Shown here in pieces: positions 23,481 to 35,191 of a stretch of 64,000 nucleotides of DNA. The stretch comes from an uncultured Gammaproteobacteria bacterium (GTDB taxonomy: Bacteria; Pseudomonadota; Gammaproteobacteria; DRLM01). Location of the stretch: positions 224,001-288,000 of the forward strand of contig CAVSNY010000003.1 in the NCBI GenBank assembly GCA_963729605.1, written 5' to 3'. The notes beneath the pieces are model-generated. The model was not told the origin of the DNA and ran no database searches. It saw only the letters and a program-made list of their open reading frames with translations. The position numbers and the translations under genes were made by a program. Within the stretch, counting starts at the first letter, position 1. Each line of letters opens with the position of its first letter.

Positions 23481-23502
23481 TGAATATTCAGTGGAATATT
23501 CA
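23481..23502. promoter_or_regulatory. Perfect palindromic operator candidate
   Basis: TGAATATTC-AGTG-GAATATTCA, about 110 bp upstream of the LolA-like gene. Confidence 0.6.
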
Positions 23503-23614
23503 CACATTGCCGCGGTGCAAGCGGCTGAGGCGCGAGGCCCGTCGCCGGTCCGGCGGCGGGCGGTTAGGCAATTTATTCCGAGGAATGGCGCACGTAGAGC
23601 GCGATGAGAAAATT

Positions 23615-24853
23615 TTAGCCCGGCGAGGCGGTGTAATGGCTGCGCACGTAGTCGTCGACGATGGCCTGGAATTCCTCGGCGATGCGCTCGCCCTTGAGCG
23701 TCACGGTTTTTTCGCCGTCGACGTAGACCGGTGCCACCGGTATCTCGCCGGTGCCGGGCAGGCTGATGCCGATGTTGGCGTGTTTGCTCTCGCCGGGGCC
23801 GTTGACCACGCAGCCCATCACCGCCACGGTCATGGTTTCGACGCCGGGGTGTTGTTTGCGCCACACCGGCATTTGGTGGCGGAGATAGGTTTGGATGTCC
23901 CGCGCCAGTTGCTGGAAGTAGGTGCTGCTGGTGCGGCCGCAGCCGGGACAGGCGATCACCGCCGGGGTGAAGGAACGCAGTCCCAGGCTTTGCAGGATTT
24001 CCTGTCCGACGATGACTTCCTGACTGCGGTCGCCGCCGGGTTCGGGGGTGAGCGAGATGCGGATGGTGTCGCCGATGCCTTCCTGCAACAACACGGCGAG
24101 CGCGGCGGTGGAGGCGACGATGCCCTTGCTGCCCATGCCGGCCTCGGTGAGCCCGAGGTGCAGGGCATAATTGCAGCGGGCGGCGAGTTCGCGGTAGACG
24201 GCGATGAGATCCTGCACGCCGCTCATCTTGCAGGAAAGGATGATGCGGTTGGCGGGCAGGCCCAGTTCTTCGGCTTTTTGCGCGTTCTCGATGGCCGAGA
24301 TCACCATCGCTTCGCGGATGATCTCCGCGCTGTCGCGCGGCTGCGCGGCCTTGGTGTTGTCGTCCATCAGGCGCACCACCAATTCCTGGTCGAGGCTGCC
24401 CCAGTTGACGCCGATGCGCACCGGTTTGTCGTAGCGGCAGGCGGTTTCGATCATGGTCGCGTATTGGCTGTCGCGCTTTTTGCCGCGGCCGACGTTGCCG
24501 GGATTGATGCGGTATTTGCTCAAGGCCTGTGCGCACTCGGGATACAGGCTCAATAGTTTGTGGCCATTGAAATGAAAGTCGCCGATGAGCGGGACCTTGC
24601 AGCCGCGTTTGTCCAATGCCTCGCGGATCGCCGGTACGGCGCGGGCCGCCTCTTCGGTATCGACGGTGATGCGCACCAGTTCCGAACCGGCGCGGGCCAA
24701 TTGAAATACCTGTTCGGCGGTCGCGGCGGGATTGGCCGTGTCGGTGTTGGTCATGGATTGCACCACCACCGGGGCGGTGCCGCCGACGGTGACATGGCCG
24801 ATTTTGACGCCGACGGTCGCGTGCCGTGGCCGGGCTGACTGCGGATTGGACAT
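23615..24853 (-). CDS. ispG: (E)-4-hydroxy-3-methylbut-2-enyl-diphosphate synthase
   Basis: [43 protein letters not shown]. Confidence 0.97.
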   Translation of the reverse strand: MSNPQSARPRHATVGVKIGHVTVGGTAPVVVQSMTNTDTANPAATAEQVFQLARAGSELVRITVDTEEAARAVPAIREALDKRGCKVPLIGDFHFNGHKLLSLYPECAQALSKYRINPGNVGRGKKRDSQYATMIETACRYDKPVRIGVNWGSLDQELVVRLMDDNTKAAQPRDSAEIIREAMVISAIENAQKAEELGLPANRIILSCKMSGVQDLIAVYRELAARCNYALHLGLTEAGMGSKGIVASTAALAVLLQEGIGDTIRISLTPEPGGDRSQEVIVGQEILQSLGLRSFTPAVIACPGCGRTSSTYFQQLARDIQTYLRHQMPVWRKQHPGVETMTVAVMGCVVNGPGESKHANIGISLPGTGEIPVAPVYVDGEKTVTLKGERIAEEFQAIVDDYVRSHYTASPG

Positions 24854-24971
24854 GGGATAAACCGTAGGAAACCTGCTGCTCGTAAAGGAGGATTATGATA
24901 ACCCAATTCCGGGGCGGGCCGCACGGCGGGCGTCGGCTGGATAAATAAACGTGGAGTCAGGAGGCGAACTC

Positions 24972-25655
24972 ATGGACGGCAAGACACTGATGCTGCGCGA
25001 TATCGAGAATGAAGTGGAAGCGACTCAGACTTGGATCGGTAAACGGAGGCTCGATTCCCGGGTGATGGCGGCCATCGCAGCGGTGCCCCGCGAGCAATTT
25101 GTCCCCGACGAGTTTGCCGACTGCGCCTATCACAATGGCCCGCTGGCCATCGGCTACGGGCAAACCGTGTCGCAACCCTATATCGTGGCCTTGATGACCG
25201 ACCTCTTGGAACCGGTGCCCGGCGACGTGGTGCTGGAGATCGGCACCGGTTCGGGTTACCAGGCGGCGGTGTTGTCGCGCTTGGTAAAAGAAGTGTATTC
25301 GCTGGAGATCATCCCCGAACTGGCCGAGGCGGCCGCGCGGCGCTTGCGGAACTTGGGTTATCACAATGTGACGGTGCGCGCCGCCGACGGTTATGAAGGC
25401 TGGGCGGAACACGCACCCTACGACGGCATCATCGTCACCGCCGCCGCCGGCCATGTGCCGGAACCGCTGCTGGCGCAGCTCCGGCCGGGGGGCCGGCTGG
25501 TGATCCCGGTCGGTCCGCCTCACGCCAATCAATCACTCGAACTGATCACCAAGGCGGCGGACGGGACCGTCGCCCGCCGCGGCATCCTGCCCGTGGTCTT
25601 CGTGCCGTTTACCGGACGCTGGGGAAGGCCTCAAACGAATCCGTCACCGAAGTAA
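24972..25655 (+). CDS. pcm: Protein-L-isoaspartate O-methyltransferase
   Basis: VPREQFVP, GQTVSQPYIVA, VLEIGTGSGYQAA, APYDGIIVTAA. Confidence 0.94.
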   Translation: MDGKTLMLRDIENEVEATQTWIGKRRLDSRVMAAIAAVPREQFVPDEFADCAYHNGPLAIGYGQTVSQPYIVALMTDLLEPVPGDVVLEIGTGSGYQAAVLSRLVKEVYSLEIIPELAEAAARRLRNLGYHNVTVRAADGYEGWAEHAPYDGIIVTAAAGHVPEPLLAQLRPGGRLVIPVGPPHANQSLELITKAADGTVARRGILPVVFVPFTGRWGRPQTNPSPK

Positions 25656-25820
25656 GGGGTCTGACTGCGCACGGGCAACGAATTCCCCGCTTGTTCCAGG
25701 GGGAGAATCTTGCCCCCTCGCTACGTTCCCTCCCCTTGAGCCTCTCCCATCGCCTGGTCCCCCGCGGCAAGCCGCGGGGGGGTTGAGATTAAACGCAGGG
25801 GTGATGTCCGCCGGATAACG

Positions 25821-25846
25821 GCGGCGCCCTCGGGGAAGGGCGCCGC
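25821..25846. terminator. GC-rich hairpin between convergent pcm and ettA
   Basis: GCGGCGCCCT-CGGGGA-AGGGCGCCGC inverted repeat; no clear U tract. Confidence 0.45.
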
Positions 25847-25864
25847 TACGCTGACACGCCTCGG

Positions 25865-27532
<1,668 letters not shown>

Positions 27533-28257
27533 GGCTCACTGACTTAAGTGATGAAGTAGATTTGATCTATATTTAGTTCCGGTGCCGTGTCGCGCGTCCG
27601 GGCAGGGCGAGAGTATAGAACCTCCGGACCGGCTGGGAAAGTACCGTCAGCGCATTTGCCGGCAAAGTCGAGGCATCCACTCCTAGACTTTGCGCGAATC
27701 GTGAACTATTACTTGTGCATGGCATTGGTAATACGGAGCGGATATATGGGGCGGTTGGTGGCTGTAAACGCGAATATCATCCTTTGGATTGAAACCTCTC
27801 GCGTGACACCTGGCCCGGCACTAGCGACTGACGCGTAATGTTATCTTGCCTCTCCTCCCTTGCGCCGACTACGTCCAGCGAATCCATGTTGGTTTTTTCA
27901 TCTCCAGTCCATCCCACCCTTTCCTTACGCATGCGGACGGCGTCTTGTTATGCGGCGGATTCACCGCGCAATGCGCGCCTTGCCATATTGCCGTACGTCT
28001 TAATTCAAAGTCATTCCCCATATCGAGGCCCTGTCCATCTTGATGATGGGATCGATTATCCCAGGGAGATTTTTATTGGCGCCCGGGAAGGCGAGCGGTT
28101 TAAAGAGCGGCTCGGAACGGGCGTTCCTTCTCCGTGCAACGGCGGCGGAACTAATCCATGTTGAAAGGCGCGGATGTTTGCGGCCATCGGGTGACCACCC
28201 AGCCCGAAAATATGCGACGGCTTGTTCAAGTACCCAGGAATGACTACAGGGGTGGAT

Positions 28258-30003
28258 ATGGATAAATCGGAGATAAAAGTGTTGCTGGTGGAGGGCAGTC
28301 AGACCGATGCCCAGCTGGTCCAGGACATGCTGCGGGAATCGAAAAGCGACGAGTTCGTGTTGACTCACGTCCAATCTTTGGCCGAGGCGCTGCAACAGGT
28401 GGTGAACGGGCGTTATGACGTGGTGTTATTGGATCTGGCCCTGCCCGACGCCAACGGTCTGTGCTCGGTGACGCACTTGCAGTCGGCACGACCGGAATTG
28501 CCGATCGTCGTGCTCACCAGTGTTAATGATCAAAGTATCGCTTTACAGGCGGTGCAGGCCGGCGCGCAGGATTATTTATTGAAAGGACAAGGCGACGGCC
28601 ATTTGCTGAGCCGCGCGCTGAGGTATGCCATCGAACGTAAGGAGCGGCAGGCCAAGCTGCTTTTTCTCGCGCAATACGATCAGCTCACCGAATTGCCCAA
28701 TCGCATCTTGTTCAAGGACAGACTCGAGGGGGCGCTCAAGCGCGCCGAACGCACCGGCGCGGCGGTGGCCTTGATGTTCATCGATCTCGACCGGTTTAAA
28801 TTCATCAATGATACCCTGGGCCACGAGTACGGTGACCAACTGCTCAAGGCGGCGGGCGGGCGGATCCGCGCGGCGGTGCGCGCGCAAGACACGGTGGCGC
28901 GCATAGGCGGTGATGAATTCACCGTGATTCTGGAAGGCATCACCCGCCCCGAAGACGCCGCGCCGGTGGCGGAAAAAGTACTCGCGCTGATGGGCACGCC
29001 GTTTAAACTCGGACAGCATCAAGTGACGGTGACCACCAGCATCGGTATCGCGGTGTATCCCGCCAACGCCAGCGACCCGCAAGAGTTGATACGCGCGGCG
29101 GACAACGCCATGTATCGGGTCAAGGCGCGCGGCCGCAATAGTTTTCAATTTTTCACGGCGGCCATGAACTCGAGCGTGACCGGCCGGGGCAGCATGGCCA
29201 CCTCCTTGCGCCACGCCCTGGCACGCAATGAATTTGAAATTCACTATCAGCCTCAAGTGGATTTGCGCAGCGGCGACGTGGTGAGTTTGGAAGCCCTGGT
29301 GCGTTGGCGGCATCCCACCATGGGCTTAATTCCGCCGGCGCGTTTTCTCAACCTGCAGGAGGAAAACGGCCAGATCGTCGCGATGGGTCAATGGTTGTTG
29401 CGTTCGGTTTGCGCACAGCTCATGGATTGGCAGAAACAAGGGACCGGGCCGCTGCGAGTGGCGGTCAATCTCTCGGCCCGTGAATTGAAAAATCCGGGAC
29501 TGACCACGATGCTGGCGGACATTTTGCAATACAGCGGTCTTTCTCCCTATTCGTTGGAGTTGGAAATCGCCGAAAACGTCTTGCGCGAGGGCGACGCGGC
29601 GGCGGTGAGCACCCTGTTTGCTTTAAAACAAATAGGTTTGCGGCTGGCGGTGGACGACTTCGGCAGCAGCGCCTCTTCGCTACGTTGTCTGCGTCGCCTG
29701 CATGTGGACACGCTTAAAATCGATCGGAACTTGATCGGCGAGGTGAATGACGGCGACGAGGAGGAGATGGCGGTGGTGGATGCGATCATCGCCGTGGGGC
29801 ACCATATGGATTCTCAGGTAGTCGCGAAATCGGTGGAGACGACCAACCAATTGGCGATGCTGTACGCCCATGGTTGCGACGGCGCGCAGGGATTTCTGTT
29901 CAGCGAGGCCTTGCCCGCGGACTCGGTGACCCTGTTGCGGGCCGAGCAAAGCCGCTGGGGTTATGCCCAGCATTTGCGACGGGAGTCGTCGCTTTCCCAA
30001 TAA
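28258..30003 (+). CDS. REC-GGDEF-EAL c-di-GMP signalling protein; EAL domain degenerate
   Basis: REC (LLDLALPD, AGAQDYLLK), RAQD I-site plus GGDEF, EAL motif but DDFGSSASS and AKSVET. Confidence 0.92.
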   Translation: MDKSEIKVLLVEGSQTDAQLVQDMLRESKSDEFVLTHVQSLAEALQQVVNGRYDVVLLDLALPDANGLCSVTHLQSARPELPIVVLTSVNDQSIALQAVQAGAQDYLLKGQGDGHLLSRALRYAIERKERQAKLLFLAQYDQLTELPNRILFKDRLEGALKRAERTGAAVALMFIDLDRFKFINDTLGHEYGDQLLKAAGGRIRAAVRAQDTVARIGGDEFTVILEGITRPEDAAPVAEKVLALMGTPFKLGQHQVTVTTSIGIAVYPANASDPQELIRAADNAMYRVKARGRNSFQFFTAAMNSSVTGRGSMATSLRHALARNEFEIHYQPQVDLRSGDVVSLEALVRWRHPTMGLIPPARFLNLQEENGQIVAMGQWLLRSVCAQLMDWQKQGTGPLRVAVNLSARELKNPGLTTMLADILQYSGLSPYSLELEIAENVLREGDAAAVSTLFALKQIGLRLAVDDFGSSASSLRCLRRLHVDTLKIDRNLIGEVNDGDEEEMAVVDAIIAVGHHMDSQVVAKSVETTNQLAMLYAHGCDGAQGFLFSEALPADSVTLLRAEQSRWGYAQHLRRESSLSQ

Positions 30004-30078
30004 ATTGCCTTTAGCGGTTCCCTGTGTTGAGATGCAAACATGACGACGGCCAGAGCTGTCTTAGGAGGTGAACGAGCG

Positions 30079-30648
30079 ATGACGGGCGGCGATTCCATGC
30101 CACTTTACTCGGTGGGTCACAGCAACCGCACCGCCGCGGAATTTTTGGAGATACTCGATACCTTCGGCATTCGTGGCCTGGTCGATGTGCGCTCCCAACC
30201 CGCGTCCCGCCTCCACCCCCACTTTTCCCGCACCGCCCTGGTCCCGCTGCTGCGGGACATGGACATCGATTACCATTGGCTCGGGCCCAGCCTGGGTGGC
30301 ATGCGTAAAGGCGAGGCGGAGGTGATTTCGCCCCATGTGGCCTTGCACTCGCAAGGCATGCGCGCTTATGCCGATCACATGGCGTCGGCACCGTTTCGCG
30401 CCGGCGTGAAGTCCTTGCTGGAGCGGGCGAGTCGGATGCCCACCGCGATGATGTGCGCTGAAAAATGGCCGCAAAACTGCCATCGCTCCTTGCTCGCCGA
30501 TTACCTCGCCCACCAGGGGGTTCAAGTCGTTCATTTATTGGACGTGGATACCGCCGCGCAGCACCATATGAGTGCGATTGTCCGTCAAGCGAGTGAAGGC
30601 CTCATCTACGATCACGGCTCCGACCGGCAATTGGGCCTGAATTTATAA
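30079..30648 (+). CDS. DUF488 family protein
   Basis: YSVGHSNR, LVDVRSQP, MMCAEK..CHRSLLADYL; AGGAGG RBS. Confidence 0.88.
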   Translation: MTGGDSMPLYSVGHSNRTAAEFLEILDTFGIRGLVDVRSQPASRLHPHFSRTALVPLLRDMDIDYHWLGPSLGGMRKGEAEVISPHVALHSQGMRAYADHMASAPFRAGVKSLLERASRMPTAMMCAEKWPQNCHRSLLADYLAHQGVQVVHLLDVDTAAQHHMSAIVRQASEGLIYDHGSDRQLGLNL

Positions 30649-30819
30649 TTTTTCCCCGCGATTCCGGCAATATCGAATTCTGGTTTACCTGTCCATAACC
30701 CAACAGGGTGCTCCGTTTTAGCGACGCGGTTTTGTCGTTTTGAATAATTGTGGCCCTTTTTACGGCGCCGGATAATCAACGTTGCGCATTAAGTCATTGT
30801 TTTAATAGAGGGCATAAAT

Positions 30820-30835
30820 TGGCACAGCTTGTGCT
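30820..30835 (+). promoter_or_regulatory. Sigma54 (-24/-12) promoter
   Basis: TGGCACAGCTTGTGCT with GG-N10-GC spacing; IHF-like AAACAA-N4-TTA site on the minus strand at about 30790-30802. Confidence 0.75.
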
Positions 30836-30845
30836 AAATAATATT

Positions 30846-30935
30846 TGTGGTTCAACCTCGACCCCCCGTCTTGTTGAGTCACGTTAATCCCTCTCCCTGA
30901 TTAAGGGGTACCTTCATAGGTACCCCGTTTTTTTT
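30846..30935 (+). ncRNA. Putative sigma54-dependent small RNA (about 90 nt)
   Basis: Non-coding stretch between the sigma54 promoter and an intrinsic terminator; C-rich tracts CCCCCC and CCCTCTCCCT. Confidence 0.6.
30905..30935 (+). terminator. Rho-independent terminator
   Basis: GGGGTACCT-TCAT-AGGTACCCC stem followed by G and a T8 run. Confidence 0.85.
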
Positions 30936-30960
30936 ACAGCCTCGAACACTTTCAGCAAGC

Positions 30961-32934
30961 TTAAATCACCCGGTCGTTACCGCCGTCGATGGGCAATTGC
31001 GCGCCGGTGGTCTTGGCGAACAGCGGGCCGCACAGCTCCGCCGCGAGTTCGGCGACGTCGCGGCTCTTCACTTCCACCTTCAGCACATTGTTGGTCTTGT
31101 ATTGCTCGACGCCGAGGCCGTAATGCGCGGCGCGGGCGGCGAGGACTTCTTCGGTCCAGAGACCGGTGTCGAATACCGCGTTGGGATGAAGACTGTTGAT
31201 GCGAATGCCGTCGCCGCCCCATTCCAGCGCCGCGACCCGCGCGAGTTGATTGAGCGCCGCCTTCGACGCCGAATAGGCCGCCGCGCCCGGCCCCGGTGCC
31301 GGCACGTTCTTGGAACCGATCACCACCACCCGGCCGCCGCGCGGCGCGTGTTTCAAAAGTGGATGCGCCTCGCGCAGCAGTACCAGATTGGCGTCGAGAT
31401 TGATGCGCATCACCCGCTGCCATTCTTCGAGGGCGAGCGCCTCGATACGGCGGCCGGACGGGAACACGCCGGCGTTGAGGATTAGCATGTCGAGGCCACC
31501 GTAGGTGCGCACCGTCGTTTCCAGCGCGGCGGTGAGTTGCGCTTCGACGGTGACGTCACACAGCACGCCACGAAATGCAGGCTTTTTGTGCAGGGCGGTG
31601 ATGGCGGGATCGATGTCGAGTCCGACCACCGCCGCGCCGCGCGCGAGCAGCGATTCGACGCAGGCCTTGCCGATGCCGGAGGCCGCGCCGGTGACCAGCG
31701 CGACTTCGCCGGTGAACATCGGTGGCTTGCCGCCCTTGCGCAGCTTGGCTTGTTCGAGATCCCAGTATTCCATGTCGAACAGATCACGCGCGGAAAGGGC
31801 GCGGTAACCCCCGAGCGCCTCGGCCCGCATAATCACGTCGATGGTGTGATCGTAGATGTCGCGCACGATGGCGGCGTCCTTGGCGGTGTGCCCGACCGCG
31901 GCCATGCCCCAATCCTGGTCGAGGATCACCCGCGGTGTCGGGTCGAGCATGGTCTTGGGTTCGCGCGCCGTCGCAGCGTGCGCATCGAAGTAATCGCGAT
32001 AGGCCTGAACATAGCCGTCGATGTCGCGGCCAATCAGCGGCAGGCGTTTGGTACGGATCACGTGATCCGGCGTCGCCGGTCCTTGCTGGGCGATGCGCGC
32101 GACCTCGGGATGGGCGGCGAAGGCGCGGCTTTTTTCATCGTCCTGCCAGCTCACGATGAGCGGTGTGCCGGCCCGTCGGGACAGCTCGGCGCGCAGCGCC
32201 GCGAGTTCGCGGCGCGAAGCTGATGGTACTGGTTCGACCGGCGGCAGCGAAAACGTCCAGGCGTTTTGGTTTTGCAGATAGCGCTCGGCGCGATCGACCA
32301 GCGTGATCATGCGTTCATACGACTCGCGCGCCGTGGCGCCGAAGGAAAAGATGCCGTGATTGAGCAGCACCATGCCGATGGTATTCGGCCCCGCGTCGCG
32401 GGCGAAGCGCAGCGCGCAGTCGCGCGCGAGGTCGAAGCCGGGCATGACGTAGGGAATGATCACCACGCTGTCGCCGTAAATCTCTTTGATGCGTTCCAGG
32501 CCGCCTTCGGTGTTGGTGACCGTGACCAAGGTATCGGAATGGGTGTGGTCCACGTATTTGTGCGGCAGCACCGCATGCAGTATCGCTTCCACCGAGGGCG
32601 TGGGCGCGGCGGCGTCGATGGTGTTGGTGCGCAATTCGTTGACCATCTCGGGATCGGAAAGGCGTTCGAGGCGCGCGAGCGCCAGTAGATGGCGCATGCG
32701 CACCGGCGCGAAGCCGGCGCGGTCGATGGTCTCGAGGTCCCAGCCGCTGCCTTTGACGTAGAGGATTTCCTCTTCTTCACCGAGGATGTTTTTCTGAGTG
32801 ATCTTCACCGAGGTGTTGCCGCCGCCGTGCAACACCAGCGAAGGGTCGCGGCCCAGCAGGCGCGAGGTGTAGACGCGCAGGCCCAGTTCATCGGTGAATT
32901 GCGCGGCGTCGTGATCGTTCCACAGGCTCTTCAT
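30961..32934 (-). CDS. Bifunctional class II aldolase / short-chain dehydrogenase (RhaD/YuxG-like)
   Basis: LVLHGGGNTSVK, PSVEAILH, VDHTHSD, NHGIF; SDR TGAASGIG and YSASK. Confidence 0.92.
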   Translation of the reverse strand: MKSLWNDHDAAQFTDELGLRVYTSRLLGRDPSLVLHGGGNTSVKITQKNILGEEEEILYVKGSGWDLETIDRAGFAPVRMRHLLALARLERLSDPEMVNELRTNTIDAAAPTPSVEAILHAVLPHKYVDHTHSDTLVTVTNTEGGLERIKEIYGDSVVIIPYVMPGFDLARDCALRFARDAGPNTIGMVLLNHGIFSFGATARESYERMITLVDRAERYLQNQNAWTFSLPPVEPVPSASRRELAALRAELSRRAGTPLIVSWQDDEKSRAFAAHPEVARIAQQGPATPDHVIRTKRLPLIGRDIDGYVQAYRDYFDAHAATAREPKTMLDPTPRVILDQDWGMAAVGHTAKDAAIVRDIYDHTIDVIMRAEALGGYRALSARDLFDMEYWDLEQAKLRKGGKPPMFTGEVALVTGAASGIGKACVESLLARGAAVVGLDIDPAITALHKKPAFRGVLCDVTVEAQLTAALETTVRTYGGLDMLILNAGVFPSGRRIEALALEEWQRVMRINLDANLVLLREAHPLLKHAPRGGRVVVIGSKNVPAPGPGAAAYSASKAALNQLARVAALEWGGDGIRINSLHPNAVFDTGLWTEEVLAARAAHYGLGVEQYKTNNVLKVEVKSRDVAELAAELCGPLFAKTTGAQLPIDGGNDRVI

Positions 32935-33149
32935 GGTGTTCTCTATGCTAGGACGGGAGGCGCTCATGTTACTCATTAGTGAGTCAAGAGGGCTACACTT
33001 TCCACTGCGTTCCCGCCCCTGTGCAGGGGGCCGGACAGGGTGGGGGCAGGCAAATCATCGTGTTTACTCAGGAGTCGCAAGGTGAGTCGTGTCGTCTACT
33101 GGGTGATTGCTGAGGAGCGGCTTGAATCCGCCAACTGCGCGGGCGGCTA

Positions 33150-34325
33150 TCAGGCGTGCGTCAGGGGCAGCGTGCGGGTATCGGCGACCGGCGTCTTGTC
33201 CGGCAGCGAAGGCCGCAGCCGCGCCATCACCGCGGCGGCGGTGGCGCGATAGGCGGTGAGTTTGCCACCGTAGATCGTCAGTACCCGCGGCCGGTGTTCC
33301 CGGTCGGGCAGCAGGATGGTTTCCCGGGATCGGCTGAAGGGCGCGCCGGGGCGGGCGGGTAATACCCGCAGCCCGGCGAAGCTGTCGAGCAGCCGCGGTT
33401 CGTCTTGCCGGTGTTGCGGGAAGTAATGGGCCAGGGTTTCCCGGAGATACTCGATCTCCTCGGGCAGAGGATGCACTTGCGCGGGGGCGCCGCGATAGAC
33501 GGTCTCGGTGGTGCCGACCAGCGTCGCGTCGCGCCAGGGCATCACGAATACCGCGCGGCGGTCGCGCGGCGCCTCCAGATAATAAATGCCGCGCCGGAGT
33601 TGGCCGGGCACCAGGATGTGGGTGCCTTGTACCAAATCCACCGTGCAGTGCGGTGGCGAAGGACGCACGCGCCGCAGTACATCATTGGCCCAGGGGCCCG
33701 CCGCGTTCACCAGTACCCGGACTTGGCATTGCCGCGGCTGGCCGTCGTGATAATGCAGCGCGACGCCGTCGTCGCCGCAGTCGGCGTGTTCGATGTGGGC
33801 AGGGAGCGCGAGTGTCGCGCCTAAACTCAGCGCCGAGCGCATCACGGCGCGGGTGAGGGCGGCGTCGTCGGTTTGCGCGTCGGGATAACAATACACGGCG
33901 CGCAGGCCGTCGGTATTCAAGCCGTCCAGGTCGGCCCATTCCCCGCGCGGTACGCTGCGGAACCGGCTGTCTTCGCCCAAACCGGCGAGGAGGGCGTAGA
34001 GGCTCAAACCGGCGCGGACCTGCCAGGGCGCGCGGCGGGTGTCGCGGTACAAGGGTAAATAAAACGGCCGCATCTTCACCAGGTCGGGGGCCAGCTTCAG
34101 TAACAGGGCGCGCTCTTGCAGGCATTCGCGGACCAGTTTGAACTGGCCGCTTTCGAGATAACGCAGGCCGCCGTGGATCAATTTACTGGAGCGGCTGGAA
34201 GTGCCCGCCGCCAGCGCGGTCTGTTCCAAGACCAATACCGAATAACCCTGGGCGGCGGCGGCCTGGGCGACCCCCGCACCGTGTATCCCGCCGCCGATGA
34301 CCGCGAGATCGTAACGTTCAATCAA
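33150..34325 (-). CDS. FAD-dependent glycerol-3-phosphate dehydrogenase/oxidase family
   Basis: IGGGIHGAG, GTSSRSSKLIHGGLRYLE, NAAGPW, GGKLTAYR. Confidence 0.9.
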   Translation of the reverse strand: MIERYDLAVIGGGIHGAGVAQAAAAQGYSVLVLEQTALAAGTSSRSSKLIHGGLRYLESGQFKLVRECLQERALLLKLAPDLVKMRPFYLPLYRDTRRAPWQVRAGLSLYALLAGLGEDSRFRSVPRGEWADLDGLNTDGLRAVYCYPDAQTDDAALTRAVMRSALSLGATLALPAHIEHADCGDDGVALHYHDGQPRQCQVRVLVNAAGPWANDVLRRVRPSPPHCTVDLVQGTHILVPGQLRRGIYYLEAPRDRRAVFVMPWRDATLVGTTETVYRGAPAQVHPLPEEIEYLRETLAHYFPQHRQDEPRLLDSFAGLRVLPARPGAPFSRSRETILLPDREHRPRVLTIYGGKLTAYRATAAAVMARLRPSLPDKTPVADTRTLPLTHA

Positions 34326-35076
34326 GATGTGCGCCGCTGCGGAGCTGCGGGTTTTTGAGCATTTCGCCGATGGCCATGGTTTCGATCAGGGCCGCGCCGC
34401 GTTGCGCCAATTGCAAGGCCAGGCGTACTTGAGTGACTTCGTAGAACATCCATTTCCAGGGACCGAACCACAAGGGTTCGCTCGTATCCTTGGGGAGTTT
34501 GGTGTAGTTGCAGATGAGGTAATCCGGTACCAGCTCGGTGGCTTTGGCGCGCGACTCTTCGTTCCAGGCCCGCATCACCCAGCCGATGCGTTTGGCGCCC
34601 ATGGCGCGGGCGGTGCGCAGCGAAAGGGTGTCATAGGAGATGACCACGAAGCGCGACTTGAGCGGCGCAAGAACGGCGAGGATGGTCTTGACGACCTTCT
34701 CGCGGCCGTGGGCCTCCAGGCTTTCTTCCTTGATTTCCACGAAGGGGGTGACGCGGGGATGCTGTTGAAACAGTTCCACCGCCGCCGCCAGGGTGGGGAT
34801 GGTGAGGTTGCGGTAGCGGGTGCCGAACCGTTTCGGTTCGTTGGCCGACAGCTCCGCCAGTTTTTCCAATTTGGTGTTGATGATGCGGCCGCGGGTGCCG
34901 GTGGTGCGCATCAGGCTTTCATCGTGCAGGAGTACGGGTATACCGTCGGCGGTCATCTGCACGTCGAATTCAACATAGCGGGCGCCCGCGGTGATGGCCG
35001 CGTTGATACTCTCCAGCGTGTTTTCCGGATAGCGGCGGGGATAGCCCCGGTGGGCGACCAGCTGCGGTATCTCCAT
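34318..35076 (-). CDS. Glycerophosphodiester phosphodiesterase family protein
   Basis: VAHRG..PENTL, VEFDVQMTADG..LHD, EIK. Confidence 0.9.
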   Translation of the reverse strand: MEIPQLVAHRGYPRRYPENTLESINAAITAGARYVEFDVQMTADGIPVLLHDESLMRTTGTRGRIINTKLEKLAELSANEPKRFGTRYRNLTIPTLAAAVELFQQHPRVTPFVEIKEESLEAHGREKVVKTILAVLAPLKSRFVVISYDTLSLRTARAMGAKRIGWVMRAWNEESRAKATELVPDYLICNYTKLPKDTSEPLWFGPWKWMFYEVTQVRLALQLAQRGAALIETMAIGEMLKNPQLRSGAHLD

Positions 35077-35191
35077 GCAAGGTACTCTCCTGTGAAGATC
35101 GGCAAAAAATGTAACCTTATACATGCCATGTTGGCAATGTATTAATTTACTTTTAAGAAATTTAATTTTGAAATCGATTTTGCGGGCGGTG

